Positions 37,621-48,987 of a stretch of DNA of 64,000 nucleotides are shown piece by piece. The translations under genes were made by a program, and so were the position numbers. Source of the stretch: Microthyrium microscopicum (lineage: Eukaryota); assembly GCA_010405405.1 (NCBI GenBank), contig MU004241.1, positions 793,373 through 857,372 on the forward strand. The letters are read 5' to 3'. The notes beneath the pieces were generated by a model. It did no database searches. It was not told where the DNA came from and saw only the letters and a list, made by a program, of their open reading frames with translations. Each line of letters opens with the position of its first letter. The stretch's first letter is position 1.

Positions 37621-40600
37621 CTAATACCGCAGCAGATCCGAAAGATATCTTCGTGGCCGCTCAATCACACCTCCGTCAACTCGCCACGACTGCAATTCTA
37701 CGGGCGCTTTCACACTGCCCAACGGCTGTGCATACGCTGCATCGCCTTCACCAATTCCTGTGCCCATGACCAATTGCAAGTTCAACTCCTTCGGGAACCA
37801 ACGTTCGCGACGAACAGTCTCGCGTCGACTCCCATCCGCTGCTCCACGGCTCACGCGGCTGGTGCGAGCTCGCTTGCTTCCACTTGCTAATGAAGCTGCT
37901 CGCTCAGCCTCGAGGGCCAAATCCGCTCGTGCAATGACGCGGATATAAGGGGCAAGGTCGCAAGTGATAACCTGGAATTCGCGGTCAAAGGACGAAAGGA
38001 TATAGGCATCGGTTGTGGATGAAGGGTCGTCGGCCAGGTCATCGAGAGCTCGTGCGAAATCACTACGGGTAAGTTGTGGTTTGGTAGCGGGATTTGCGAG
38101 CGCTCTAACGGTCGAGACTGTATTGGCTGCAAAGTCTTGGAGAGTGGAGGCAAGCGGCAGACACGATGATGCATTGCTGGTGAGTCTCGATCTTTCCGCC
38201 AGTATTCGTGCTTGTACAATGGAGGCAGCGGCCACTGCAGCGTTGAGATGCTGGTTGTCGGGTACTGTATCGCAGACCATATGGCGATACCGCTGCCCTT
38301 CCAAATTATCCCGATTGGCCTCTTTAGTCAGTAATGGGTGAGATGCATCAAGTTCGGACTGCATATGGTCAGTATGTAATTCGAAAACTAGAATAATCGC
38401 TTACCTGAAGGCCAGTGCGCATGTCGCCGCGACAAAATACATCCAATGCACTATTGTTGTCTGACAGGTACTCGCATGTTTCTAAAGACATACCACAGAG
38501 ATTGTTAGAGTAGATGAAATCGCTGGGATGCGACAGAACATCCTCGAGGCTGGAGCCGGAATCTCGGATCATGGCCACAAGCGTATCCTCCTGTTCCGCT
38601 ACGGAAAGAGGTTTATCTCTGAAGCTGAGTGTGTCCAGTGGGAACTGCTCTATATCGCTTTGATAAGTCTGCATGCTAATAGCTCGAAGCTTGTTGCCAT
38701 CCTGGTCATGATCAATCCCAGGAGGATAGCGATCTAACATCCAGTCGAGACCACTCTTTTGATCGCCAAGTGCCATCTGGCACCAGAAGTTTAAGGCTAC
38801 GATTGAAGCTCGTAGCGAGAGGCCTAAGCTGACATATAAGTCCGCCAGATGCTTGGTTGTGAGAAGATGGCCTTCTCTGAAAGCCAATAATGATAGATAG
38901 TCACCAACGACATGAATTGGCGGTGGAACAAATTGTAAGATGGCGTGAAATGTGATAGCACTCTTGGGAATGTTTTGCTCATCATTGCAAGTAATGATAA
39001 TTGGACGTTTGGAAAGAGAAGCCAAAGTGATAATGGTTGTCCAGAATGACTTGTCTGCTGAATAACGAATATCAGCTTCTTCAATCAATAGGAGCGATTG
39101 TTTCTGCTTTTTCGTTGGTGTATTCCCCAGCGATTCTGTCATTGACGTAGCTTTCATTTTCTTCACCGGACTGTCAGTCTTGGGCTTAGCAGGAGCCGGC
39201 TTGAAGAATGCAGTCATATTTCCCTGACGGCCATCGGCTGAATCTGCTGGAGTGTCATGCCTATGAAGCTTTTCACCGGTTGCTTTGGATATTTCAACTT
39301 GCTTAACAGCCTTTGAAACTTGCTGAACAAGGTGATTTTCGGTCATGTCGCCAATTCGCTCTAGAATGTCGTTTCTACTGCGACAAGTACCGGGATTGAT
39401 TTCGAAAACCTCAAATCCAAGCTCTTCAGCAACAGCATACACAGCGGCAGTCTTGCCGCATCCATTCGGTCCTACTAATAGGACAGTGTTTCCAGGTTTG
39501 CTAGTCTTAGAGTTAAGGCGGCGGATTTTGGACTGGCACCCAGGAGGGCGGAGGCTCCCATTCATAGCGATGTTTCCATCCTCGACGTCTGTAAAGTCGG
39601 GATTATCGCTTTCACCGTCATCTTCGTAGATGATAAAGTCGTCTAGTTCGACCTTACGCTTGCGCTTGCGCTTCGGCTTGAGCTCTGTGGGAGGCTTCTT
39701 ACTCTTTGATGGCTTACCAGAGTCGACGTTATCAACTCGCATAGCTGATAGCCAGTCGCGCAGTATGGTGGCTTCTGTGCCATCTTGTAAGACATCTGCT
39801 GCACATTTTGGCGCATATTTGGATGACCACGATTGTGTCTCACAGTGATTCAAGTCCCATCGAGACAAATAATCTCGAGACTCATCGGCCAGCTTCTGAA
39901 TGGCGGGATGAGCGTGCTCAAGCCCACGATCATTCGTTGCTAGCTCACAGATAACGTGGTCCAGCCCAACAAATCCGGGCATCAACTTCTTTTCAGGGAG
40001 TCTTAATTCAGCGAGTGGCCCGTCAATGTGCATAACTGGCCCAATCGAAGTCAAAGGTAACGTGCCAAGTAGCCGATACAAGATATCTTCGTCCCTAGAT
40101 ACGTAGGTAGGGATATCTTTGCCTTTTGCCTTTGAGCGGATCTTGCAGCCTAGATTCTTCGAGCTAGTGTCCAGGTCACTCAACGCCAATCCTACATGGC
40201 TTACACCTTGCCATGGCCAAGGAGCATCTGGAACCTTACTTGACTGCGCCTTCTTCTTTGGCGACATAGGAAGAGAGACACCAAACCGAGCTTTGGCTGC
40301 TTTAACCGCAGCTGAATATGCTTGTACCGAAGGTTCGGTGGATACCGTCGAAAGGATAATGTCCACGGGAGGTTCTGTTGTTGCGGGTTTCGTGAGAAAG
40401 AAAGGATGGGTAGATTTGGGCACTGGCTTCGGTTTAGGTGCTTCAATGTGGATAGAGGTTGGCTTTTCTGGCGTGATAATCAAGTTTTCTGCTCTTTCCA
40501 TGCCTGAGAGGATCTTATCAATCTTCTCTGCAAGATTGGCCTTGTTGTAGGGGATGGCCACTATTCTTGACGGGACAGCTGAATCAATCAGTTTCGCAGT

Positions 40601-41302
40601 GTTCGTCAATCTTTTAGGACGACCACGCGGCTTTTTCGGGGTCTCTTTCGCCGGTGGTTTTGGTAAAGGTTCCTCGGCTTTGGTGGGCGAACCCAGTGTC
40701 CCTTTCCCGCTAAGCTTCAGGACTTTCGAGCCTGTGGTTTCCGGTATGTCTTTGACCTCCAGTGACTGTTCTGCCGAAGGTGCAGCATCGAGTTGGGCGG
40801 CTGCTGGAGGAGTGGTTATTAGCACTTCCACGGCTTGTCGAATGGTTCGATCCTGCATGGAAAGATTGTGATCAGGACCATTCGTTTCCAGTGATTCAGG
40901 TTCGCTTGTTCTCCGTCGCTTTCGTCGATCGTGATTAGGATCTGTGTCTAGATTGGCCGCTTCGTCTGGCCCATCCGAGCTCTTGCGAGAGCGTGCTTTC
41001 GGGTTCCCATGATTTGCAACAAGCTCTTTCCCATTTATCTTGGCTTGTAAAGTTGGTGAGCATTCACGTTTCGGCTGTGTGGAGGCGATCTTGGAATGAT
41101 GTTCAGGATTTAATTTATGAGGTTTCTCCGAGGAAGTTCGGGGAGAGTTTGATTCCGGCTGCTTGATAGCTACTACTAGAGTTAATATTATTAAATGTAT
41201 TGGGTAGGCTGACCACATACCCTTTTGCTTTGCAAAGAATGGATGCAAAGGCTTCATTTCCTCCTCTACGCTCATTCCGCTGGATTGAACAAGAATTGCC
41301 AT
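37621..41302 (-). CDS. ELG1: PCNA unloader large subunit Elg1/ATAD5 (RFC-like AAA+), 3 exons
   Basis: WSSKYAP, Walker A GPNGCGKT, FEVFEINPG, DMTENHLV, LLLIEEAD, SKRPIIITCN and the C-terminal DLAPYIR.I. Confidence 0.9.
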
Positions 41303-41452
41303 GCGCAAAAAAACAGTTAGAAGGACAGAAAAGTTGTCATGAGGTTCAGAAGAGAAGGAGAAGTCGTAAGATCGTCAACTGAGCGGTTGAGGGGAGTGGG
41401 GATCAGTGAGATATATACGGGAAGGAGCACATGGTGGATGGATCCAAGTAGG

Positions 41453-41518
41453 ACGCGACATGATGCGCTACAGAAGTTCAAAGACGCGTCGAGCTAACCC
41501 TAATGAACAAACCCTAAA
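41453..41518. promoter_or_regulatory. Bidirectional promoter motifs: MCB elements and two telobox motifs
   Basis: ACGCGA at 41453-41458, ACGCGT at 41484-41489, CTAACCCTAA at 41494-41503 and AAACCCTAAA at 41509-41518, in the 323-bp gap between divergent genes. Confidence 0.55.
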
Positions 41519-41625
41519 TGGGATTTTGTCACTTCTCTGAGCTCTGAGCTCTCAACCGCCATTGTTTACTTCAAGAATCCGAACCTCAACACGCCGAGTT
41601 GAAACCTATCTCAGGACTGACAAAT

Positions 41626-42643
41626 ATGCTGGACATAACCTTATTCGACGATGTCTTTGGTCTGGTCGGCAAAAACCACTATCCAACTCACTTGGTCGGG
41701 CCAGTCCACGCTGCGCAAGAGGAGCTTGATGCACCGCTTTACTTCCATCGTCTGCTAGACGTTCTCAACCTCAAAACCTGTGAGCTTCGCAGCCAATAGC
41801 CCCATATTACAATATACTGATTATTTAGCTTCTAAACTATATCCGCCGAAGAACGCTAAAGAGTTTCGTACCTTACATCAACACATCGCTGAAGCATCAT
41901 GTCAAACAATTCAGAAACAAGCGCTACTTTACTATCTCATCAAAGACTGTTGTGTGGTTGCCAAGGATAACTCCGCTGCAGATGCCTTCCAAAAAGCTGC
42001 TTGCCTCCCAAAAAAGTATTGGTTTGCCATGCAAGGTCTCTGGTGTCTAGATAAGCTCAATTTCAAGGAAGCAGTAGAATACTTAACACAACCATCGCTA
42101 CTTCCGGTCTTTGGCTCAGAAATTCTGGCCACGCTCCTTCGGGCTGGTGAAGATTCACTGGCCTTGGCATACTTTGACGCTACAAATCCGGCACTAAACA
42201 CTCCGGAGCTTCGTGAGCAATATTTCGCCGCCTTGGTCCGCGCAAGCTTGACACAAGGCTTTTTCTTCATGCGTCGCCAGTCGCCATCAGCCAATGTCCG
42301 GAAGCCTCTTCTAAAAGCGCTATTCGACTCTGTCTTATCACTTCCAGGTGGAGAACAACGCCGTGATCGAGCAGCCGAGTTGGTAGACCTGCCATTCGAC
42401 GAAGAGGAAGAGCAATGGGTACGCGAGTACTTGACGAAGCACAATGGACGCTCCGACCTATCACATGATATATTGGTAATGCGGTTTATTGCCAAGGGAG
42501 AATACAATGGTGCTCTGGAACAAATCAATCGAAAAAAGACGTCACGGTCAAACCACGACGGAATCAAGTGGGAAAATGTTGCTCAAGCTGTGAATAGAGG
42601 CATTGGAGAGCGAAAGGGACTTGACGGATGGACAGTGGATTGA
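41626..42643 (+). CDS. ELYS-like nuclear pore assembly protein, 2 exons
   Basis: LYFHRLL, LYPP...R.LH..I, KQALLYYLIKD, GLWCLD..F.EAVEYL.QPS and LPFDEEEE.W..EYL. Confidence 0.85.
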
Positions 42644-42890
42644 GCAAGGCAAAGATTGGCATATTCGGCGCAATTGTATGACTTCAAAAAGATACCCCCA
42701 GAACTGATTGCTTACAGTGGCCTCAGTTCAGACGAACCATAATGCATTGATTTATTATATCTTTACGGTGCTGTTTTGGCACTCCCAAGTCTGCTAGCAT
42801 CTTCTTCTCGATTCTTTCCTAATCCAGGAAGGACGTTTACTCGATGTGAATAGAGGATATGAACTTTTCTTGGTGATTCTATGATATTAT

Positions 42891-44569
42891 TTACAAATCA
42901 AGTTCGTTTGCTACCCCTTCAATGGCTTTCACTAACCCCTCCACAGTCACAAGTCTCGTTTGGCGCCCGATAACAACACGAAGATGTTTTCCGTAAGCAG
43001 CCGGGGCGTAATCGGTCATGAAACCTCTCTTGATCAATGCTGCAGCAATACTTCGCGTCACCTGAGTATTCTTTGCCGCGTCTTGTCCCAATTGACGATT
43101 TCTAGCCCAATAGAAGCTGACCTGAAGTGCTGGAAGTGGCTGCCTTGAGACAAGAATGATATCAGGATGGTTCTCGAGCAGACCATACAAATGTTGAGCA
43201 ACAGAATACGCGTTCTCAATCATCTTGGCGTATCCTTGCCGGCCATAGAAGTTCCAGCCTAGGAACATCTTGAGACTGTCTCCTCTACGACCGCACTGTG
43301 GCGTTAGATCGGCCAAGTCCCATACTTCACCCTCATCATTGTTGTGAAAGAGATACCCTGCTGGAAGAGTCATGGCTCCATGGACTTCGCGTTCGTCCTT
43401 GTACAAGAGGAACGAAGTAGTGACTGGAGCACCGAGCATTTTATGTGGATTCATCGTGATGGTGTCTGCAAGCTCAGCACCATCGAGTCGACCTTTGCTG
43501 AGAGTTTCAGAAAACACAAATCCACCACCATACGAACCATCAACGTGCATCCACAGGTTTTCTTTCTTGCAGATGTTGGAGATCTCAGGCAACGGGTCGA
43601 AACTGCCAAGAACAGTAGTACCAGCTGTAGCGTTGACGAAAAAGGGAGTAAATCCGTCTATACGAGCACTGTCGATGGCGTTTTGCAATTCGCCAACGAT
43701 CATGCAGCCAGCGCTGTCAACGGGTACCTTGACGACTGCCTTGCTGCCAAACCCGCATATTTGTGCCGCCTTTTCGATCGAATAGTGACTATCCTCAGAG
43801 GTGAATATGACCAGCTTCCGGTCTCCATATCCGTCAGTCTTTATCTCAGGAAAGAGATGATTCCGTGCAATGATGATAGCCGACATGTTCGATGCGCTTC
43901 CACCAGGCTGAGTGATTCCACCGGCATGTGGGCCATTGAGGCCGAACAAATGAGCTAGACCACGTCCTGTTTTCTTCTCGATCAAGGTCAGAACAGGTGA
44001 TGTTTGGAAGACATGAACGTTTGTGTTCAGAACAGCTAAGATCATTTCCGCTACAACACCGATAGCATCTGTGCTGTGGTAAAGCTTGTCGACAAAGCCT
44101 TGGTCCCATGTGTTTACAGAGTATTGGAAGATCTGCTGAATGAGGCCGAAAAGATCATCCTTGGTGATCGACTTTTCTGGAAGTTGAAGTTTGAGGATAT
44201 CTTGTAGAGTCGCGGGCGAATGTGGATCAAGAATGGCAACTCTTTTCGTTCCTGGAAGGAACGGACTTTGACCAATTTCTTTGCCTTTTACTGCATTATC
44301 CGCTGACTGAATGAACGAATGGACGATCTTTCGGACAGACTCTATTAGCTAACCAAAAATTAGTCAATTCCTGGATCACAACGATGTCGATAGTCACAAA
44401 CCTCAGACAACTCGTCAGCTCGAGATATAATGTTCTCGGCATCTCCATTTAGGGAAATTTCGTCACCATTTTGAATATCATTCTTCAAAGATTCATTTCT
44501 GTTAAGAACAACTTTAGTACCATTGGTATTGTTGTGCCGCTGAGGCCTTTGCTGCTCAATATCGCCCAT
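42891..44569 (-). CDS. Group II PLP-dependent amino acid decarboxylase (GAD/CSAD/GADL1-like), 2 exons
   Basis: YSVNTWDQGFVDKLY, NTNVHVF..SP, PGGSASN, HYSIEKAA, ATAGTTVLGSFDP, WMHVDG, the PLP lysine in NPHKM, and QCGRR.D. Confidence 0.92.
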
Positions 44570-45407
44570 GATGAAAAGTTATGGAGCAACAAGGTTGATA
44601 GCGTTGTATCTTCACAATTGCACAGCGTATACGCTTTTAACAAGCCGCAAAGATTGCAATTCGCTCAGAAACTCAGAGCTAGATATGCAAGGTACGGTAT
44701 TCTGTGAAGTTCTAACGATCGTCAGGCAAGGAAATTGCGGAGTGAACAAGCATAAGTTCACTTACCTGCAAGTGCAAAGAATAATGGCGCCATTTGAACA
44801 CTTAGCCAATGAGTCAACTCGTAAGGCCCAGATCTGGTATAGGTAGCTAAATAATGTGGCGCTTGAAGCACATCAAGATGTTCTTCGATGGCGAATTATG
44901 AATAGTGGGTCCTCAGCCTTGTTGTGGACTGAGGCACCCAGCCTTGTTCAATTCAAATGCCCGCTCAAAAGTTCTTGAAGAGCGAATGATTTACGTCCCA
45001 ATAGATTTGAAATTGTCTTAGTATTTGTCATATCCGATGGCAATCTGTGCCTGTTCATAGAAAAGGCAGATATCGTATCAGTGGGTGTATGAATCAGTAT
45101 GGCTCTATTTTGACGTTAAAGAGCCCTTGAACGGCTAACAAACATTGAATCCGACGCAAAAACCCCAAGTATACATGATCTCCGAATTCGGGGGCCATAA
45201 AATCTGAGCCTTCTGAGGCAACATAGACTCTGTATTCTTTTAAATAGACACGATATGTTCTTTTGCACAAATGCCCTACAGCCCACTCTATTTCTGATTC
45301 TTGTATTCATGACAACAGTTTGACTTCAAGAACTTATTCTTGAAGCTTTACCTCCAGTTCCGAGACAGCAGCTTCCACTGTCGGGTGCCAAACGACTTCT
45401 TCCTTGC

Positions 45408-46409
45408 TCAGTGATCATTCCTTTCCAACCACGGCCCACATGCCTCATACAAACGAGAAATCACCGGATCAACTGCCATAATCTTATTAAATAGCTCCAG
45501 ATGCATCATATCAATCATCTTGAGGAATGACACTACCGCAAAGTCTGCGTACGAAGCTACACGCACAACATCAGCAATCATATCAAAGTAGAGCATGGAA
45601 ACTGACCTGTGCTTCCCAACAGAAACGGGCCTCCTTTAGCTTTCAAGAGCGTTGCATAATCTTCCCAAGCTGGACGACTCTTTGCCCAAGCTGTGTCTCC
45701 ACCATCTTCCTCTCTAGCTTGGGTCAGCGTCTTCCCCAATGACTCTTCCCTGGTCCGAATGAAGTACTCCTTGGAGCGTGGAAGGAGAAAGTGGTCCGGC
45801 ACTTGGGTCATCCAATCTGCAAATGTGGCTGAGCATGTCAGTACAAGACCATCTGAAACTGCTCAAAAGTGAAAACAATATGATCGTTTGAGATTGCAAA
45901 TAGAAGTTCGCTAATCAAGCAACCCATATCGACTTTGTGTAGGAGCAGTGCTTACGATTTATAAGCTGCACAATGAACGTTGAAAGCTTTTTCTGTTCTG
46001 GCGAGTCCATATTGAACGAAGGCTCGGGATATCGCTCCTCTAAAGCAGCCGCGATCTTTGTAGATTCCATCACTGCTGTACCATCGGGAAAGCGAACGGC
46101 TGGACAGGTATATTCTCGTGGCCCGCTTGAGTTGGCAGTTACACCACTTCAAGAATCATTAGCAATAAAAAGTGCATTTAAATTTATCTGCAGAACCTAC
46201 AGTTCCTTGAGAGTTGCGGCAATGTCTGGATACTCAACCCACTTAGTCTCATAGTCGACACCCTTGAAGTTCAGGGCCATACGTGCTATGGTCTGTTAGA
46301 TATGCTGACTTCTACATTTGGCTTGGGTGACCTTACTCTTCCACGTATTGAGTGACCAGCATCGTCTCGGATCCTTCGTTGGAATATCGTAGAGAACTAG
46401 TTTGCTCAT
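45408..46409 (-). CDS. Glutathione S-transferase-like protein, 5 exons
   Basis: LVLYDIP...CWSLNTWK, LNFKGVDYET.WVEYPDI, YTCPAV, MES.KIA..LE..YP.P, GPFLLG, SYADF and WLERND*. Canonical introns splice in frame. Confidence 0.88.
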
Positions 46410-46964
46410 GACTAATTCCTGATTGTTTGGAAATTTGCTATTAAGTTCAAGAAGTTCAATTGTAGGCCGAAGATGACGATGGTACGGAGTGAGACTTGTG
46501 GATTCAACGGAGTGGGGTCGTCAGCAGGATCATCGCAAGCGTGAAGACGCTTCGAAAGGGCCAAATCCAGTATTCTAAAGGCCCAGTATGCATATATTAA
46601 GGGAACACCGTTTCTAGCTACAGTGTACAGCATGTTATACGATCATGCGAGACGAGGTGTCGACCATAGGAAAGAGTGCTGGAATCAACGACTGCAGCAT
46701 TCGAAATAGTGTAAGAATTGTATTTATACTACAAGAAATAATTCAACAAGTACCCCAAGTTCATTGTATCCTACCTTGAAACAATCTAAAGTCATAACAA
46801 GGCCAGAATCTTCCAGGCCATCTGCTGGAAGGTAAGGCTGAGGGTTGGAAGTGACTCGAGTAACGTAGCAAACTGCTAGGACTCAGGAGCACAACTTTCA
46901 AGCCATGTTTATACATTTTCAATCATATCGGCGAATAAATCAGAAATAGCGACTAGCGCTTGCT

Positions 46965-48987
46965 CTACCTTCTTTTCCCATCATCTACATCATTGTCTGT
47001 CTCCGCTTCTGCTGGCGCCGCTGTTCCCCCTGTTCGCGCTCCAAATACTGATGGAAACCACGACGAGGACTTCTTCTTCTCTGCCCTCTCTTCAGCTTCT
47101 TTTCTCGCCTTCTCCTCAGCCTCTTGCTTCGCGCGGCCCATGCCTGACGCTGGACGTCGTTCTGCTTCAACCGTTACCCGTGGCGCTGGTGGAGCCGGTT
47201 GCGGCTTGACGTTTGGTGCTGGTGCTGGTGCAGCTTGTGGCGCGGGAACAGGTGTTGGAGATGGTTCGTTGTGGCCAGCCGTGGCGAAGCCCCAGCCTCC
47301 TGCCTGGGTTGGCAGGCGCTGTCTGCTATCGGACGGGGATGCTTCGGCGGCGGCTCCAGATGAGGTGATCATGCGTGCGCCCGTGAGGCCGGTGGAGAGT
47401 GGAGCGATGGTCTCAATGTTCAATCCGTCGACCGGTGACATCCAGGGGCGCTCGCATTGGGTGCGGCAGTGGCGAGAAGAGGTGGCCATAGTGCTGGCAG
47501 CTTTGGGGGCGTTAGGAGCCGGGGTGACGAGAGATTCTGGCAACGGAGCGGAAGACAACTCGGTTGTTGACGTCTTCGCAGTGGACAAGGCGGTTGGTAC
47601 GGCTGTTTCAGGTGAGGGAGTTGGTACTGCAGATGGCGAGGCTGGGGAAGCAATTGATGCTGGTGATACCGACTCTGGTTGAGCTGCTGAGGAGGAAGAC
47701 TGGACTACTGAAGTCGAGCTTTGGGCTGAGCTAGCTGCTTCCTTCGTTATGGTAATGGCCTCGGATGTGAAATATATTGTGGTAGCAACTGTGTTTGTCA
47801 AGGTTACAGTTGGCCCTTCTTTACTATTAGTTGAAGGAGTTAGTGATATACTTGAGGTACTTACCAGCTACACTCTCGGTCTTAGTCTGGGTCTTTGTGA
47901 CCTCAACAGTCTCGGCGGAGCCACTCATAGTTACAGGAAGAGTAACATATTGCGTCCTCGTCACAGTTTTGGCGGAGGCAGTCCTGCTATAGTTTGACGG
48001 GCTTCCAGTGGCGGTGATTGTGATTGTTTTTGCTGCTACTTCTGTCGAGTTCCATGATGGTTTTGTGGTAACAGCAGCTTCGGTTATTGTCTTTGTAATC
48101 TCGACTGGTAGTGTGAAGAATTTAGTCTTTGTGACTGTTCGGGCGGAGAAGTTCGACGGCATTCCCGAGGCGGTAACCGTAATCGTTTTTGCTGCTACTT
48201 CTGTAGTATTCCACGATGGTTTCGTCGGACCGACAGCAGCTTCGGTTATCGTTTTTGTGAATGTTTGGGCGGAATAGTTTGAGGGACTTCCGGTGACGGT
48301 CACAGGTAGTGTTACATACTGAGTTTTTTGTTTGGTAATAGTAGTGATGGATCCTGGACCAAGTTCTGTAGAGACAACGGTAACCGTCTTCGCAGGTGCC
48401 ACTTCTGAAGAATTCCATGATGGTTTAGTTGGGCCGGCAGCATGAATTGTCGTCGTTGAAATAATTGTTGAAGCCGGAGGTGCTGACTCCATAACAGTTG
48501 ATATTGATGTTATTGTACTTGCTGGCAGAGCCGATCCAGCTTCTGTGCTCGTGAGTGTAATTGTCGACGGCGATGCTGTGATTGTGTTCCCTGGTAAAGT
48601 TTGAATGACCGTCAAGGTCGACGTACTCAATGAGACCAATGATTGTGTTTTGGTCTGGATCTGGATCTCAGAGATAGTTTGAGTAGTTGTCGCGAACACC
48701 GTTGACAGTACGTTAGGTCCTTGTACAGTGATTCTCGTCGCATCGTGTTTGGTGATCGTCTTCTGCTTTGGTCTGCGACTAGATTGTCGTGGCCTCCAAT
48801 TAAAGGGGAATGGAGGAGGGCGCTCCTGAAAGTCAGGAGCGAATTCAGACTCTAGCCGTGAGAGGCCTTCATCTTCATCGTCCTCGTCGTCGGCCTTTGC
48901 TGCTACAGCCTCTGCCGGGTTGGCTGTGACTCTTGATGCTGCAATCAAGAACAGAAATGAATGCAACAATGTCGCCGTGGCCTTCAT
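46965..48987 (-). CDS. Secreted Thr/Ser-rich protein with internal repeats, 2 exons
   Basis: Signal peptide MKATATLLHSFLFLIAASRVTA, a T-rich body and three TKPSWN repeats. A GTAAGT..CTAAC..TAG intron near 47822-47862 joins the two ORFs. Confidence 0.75.

Noticed and set aside
41494..41503. CTAACCCTAA as a telomerase RNA template
   Set aside because: It lies in a 323-bp gap between divergent genes, far too small for a filamentous-fungal telomerase RNA. It is better explained as a promoter telobox.
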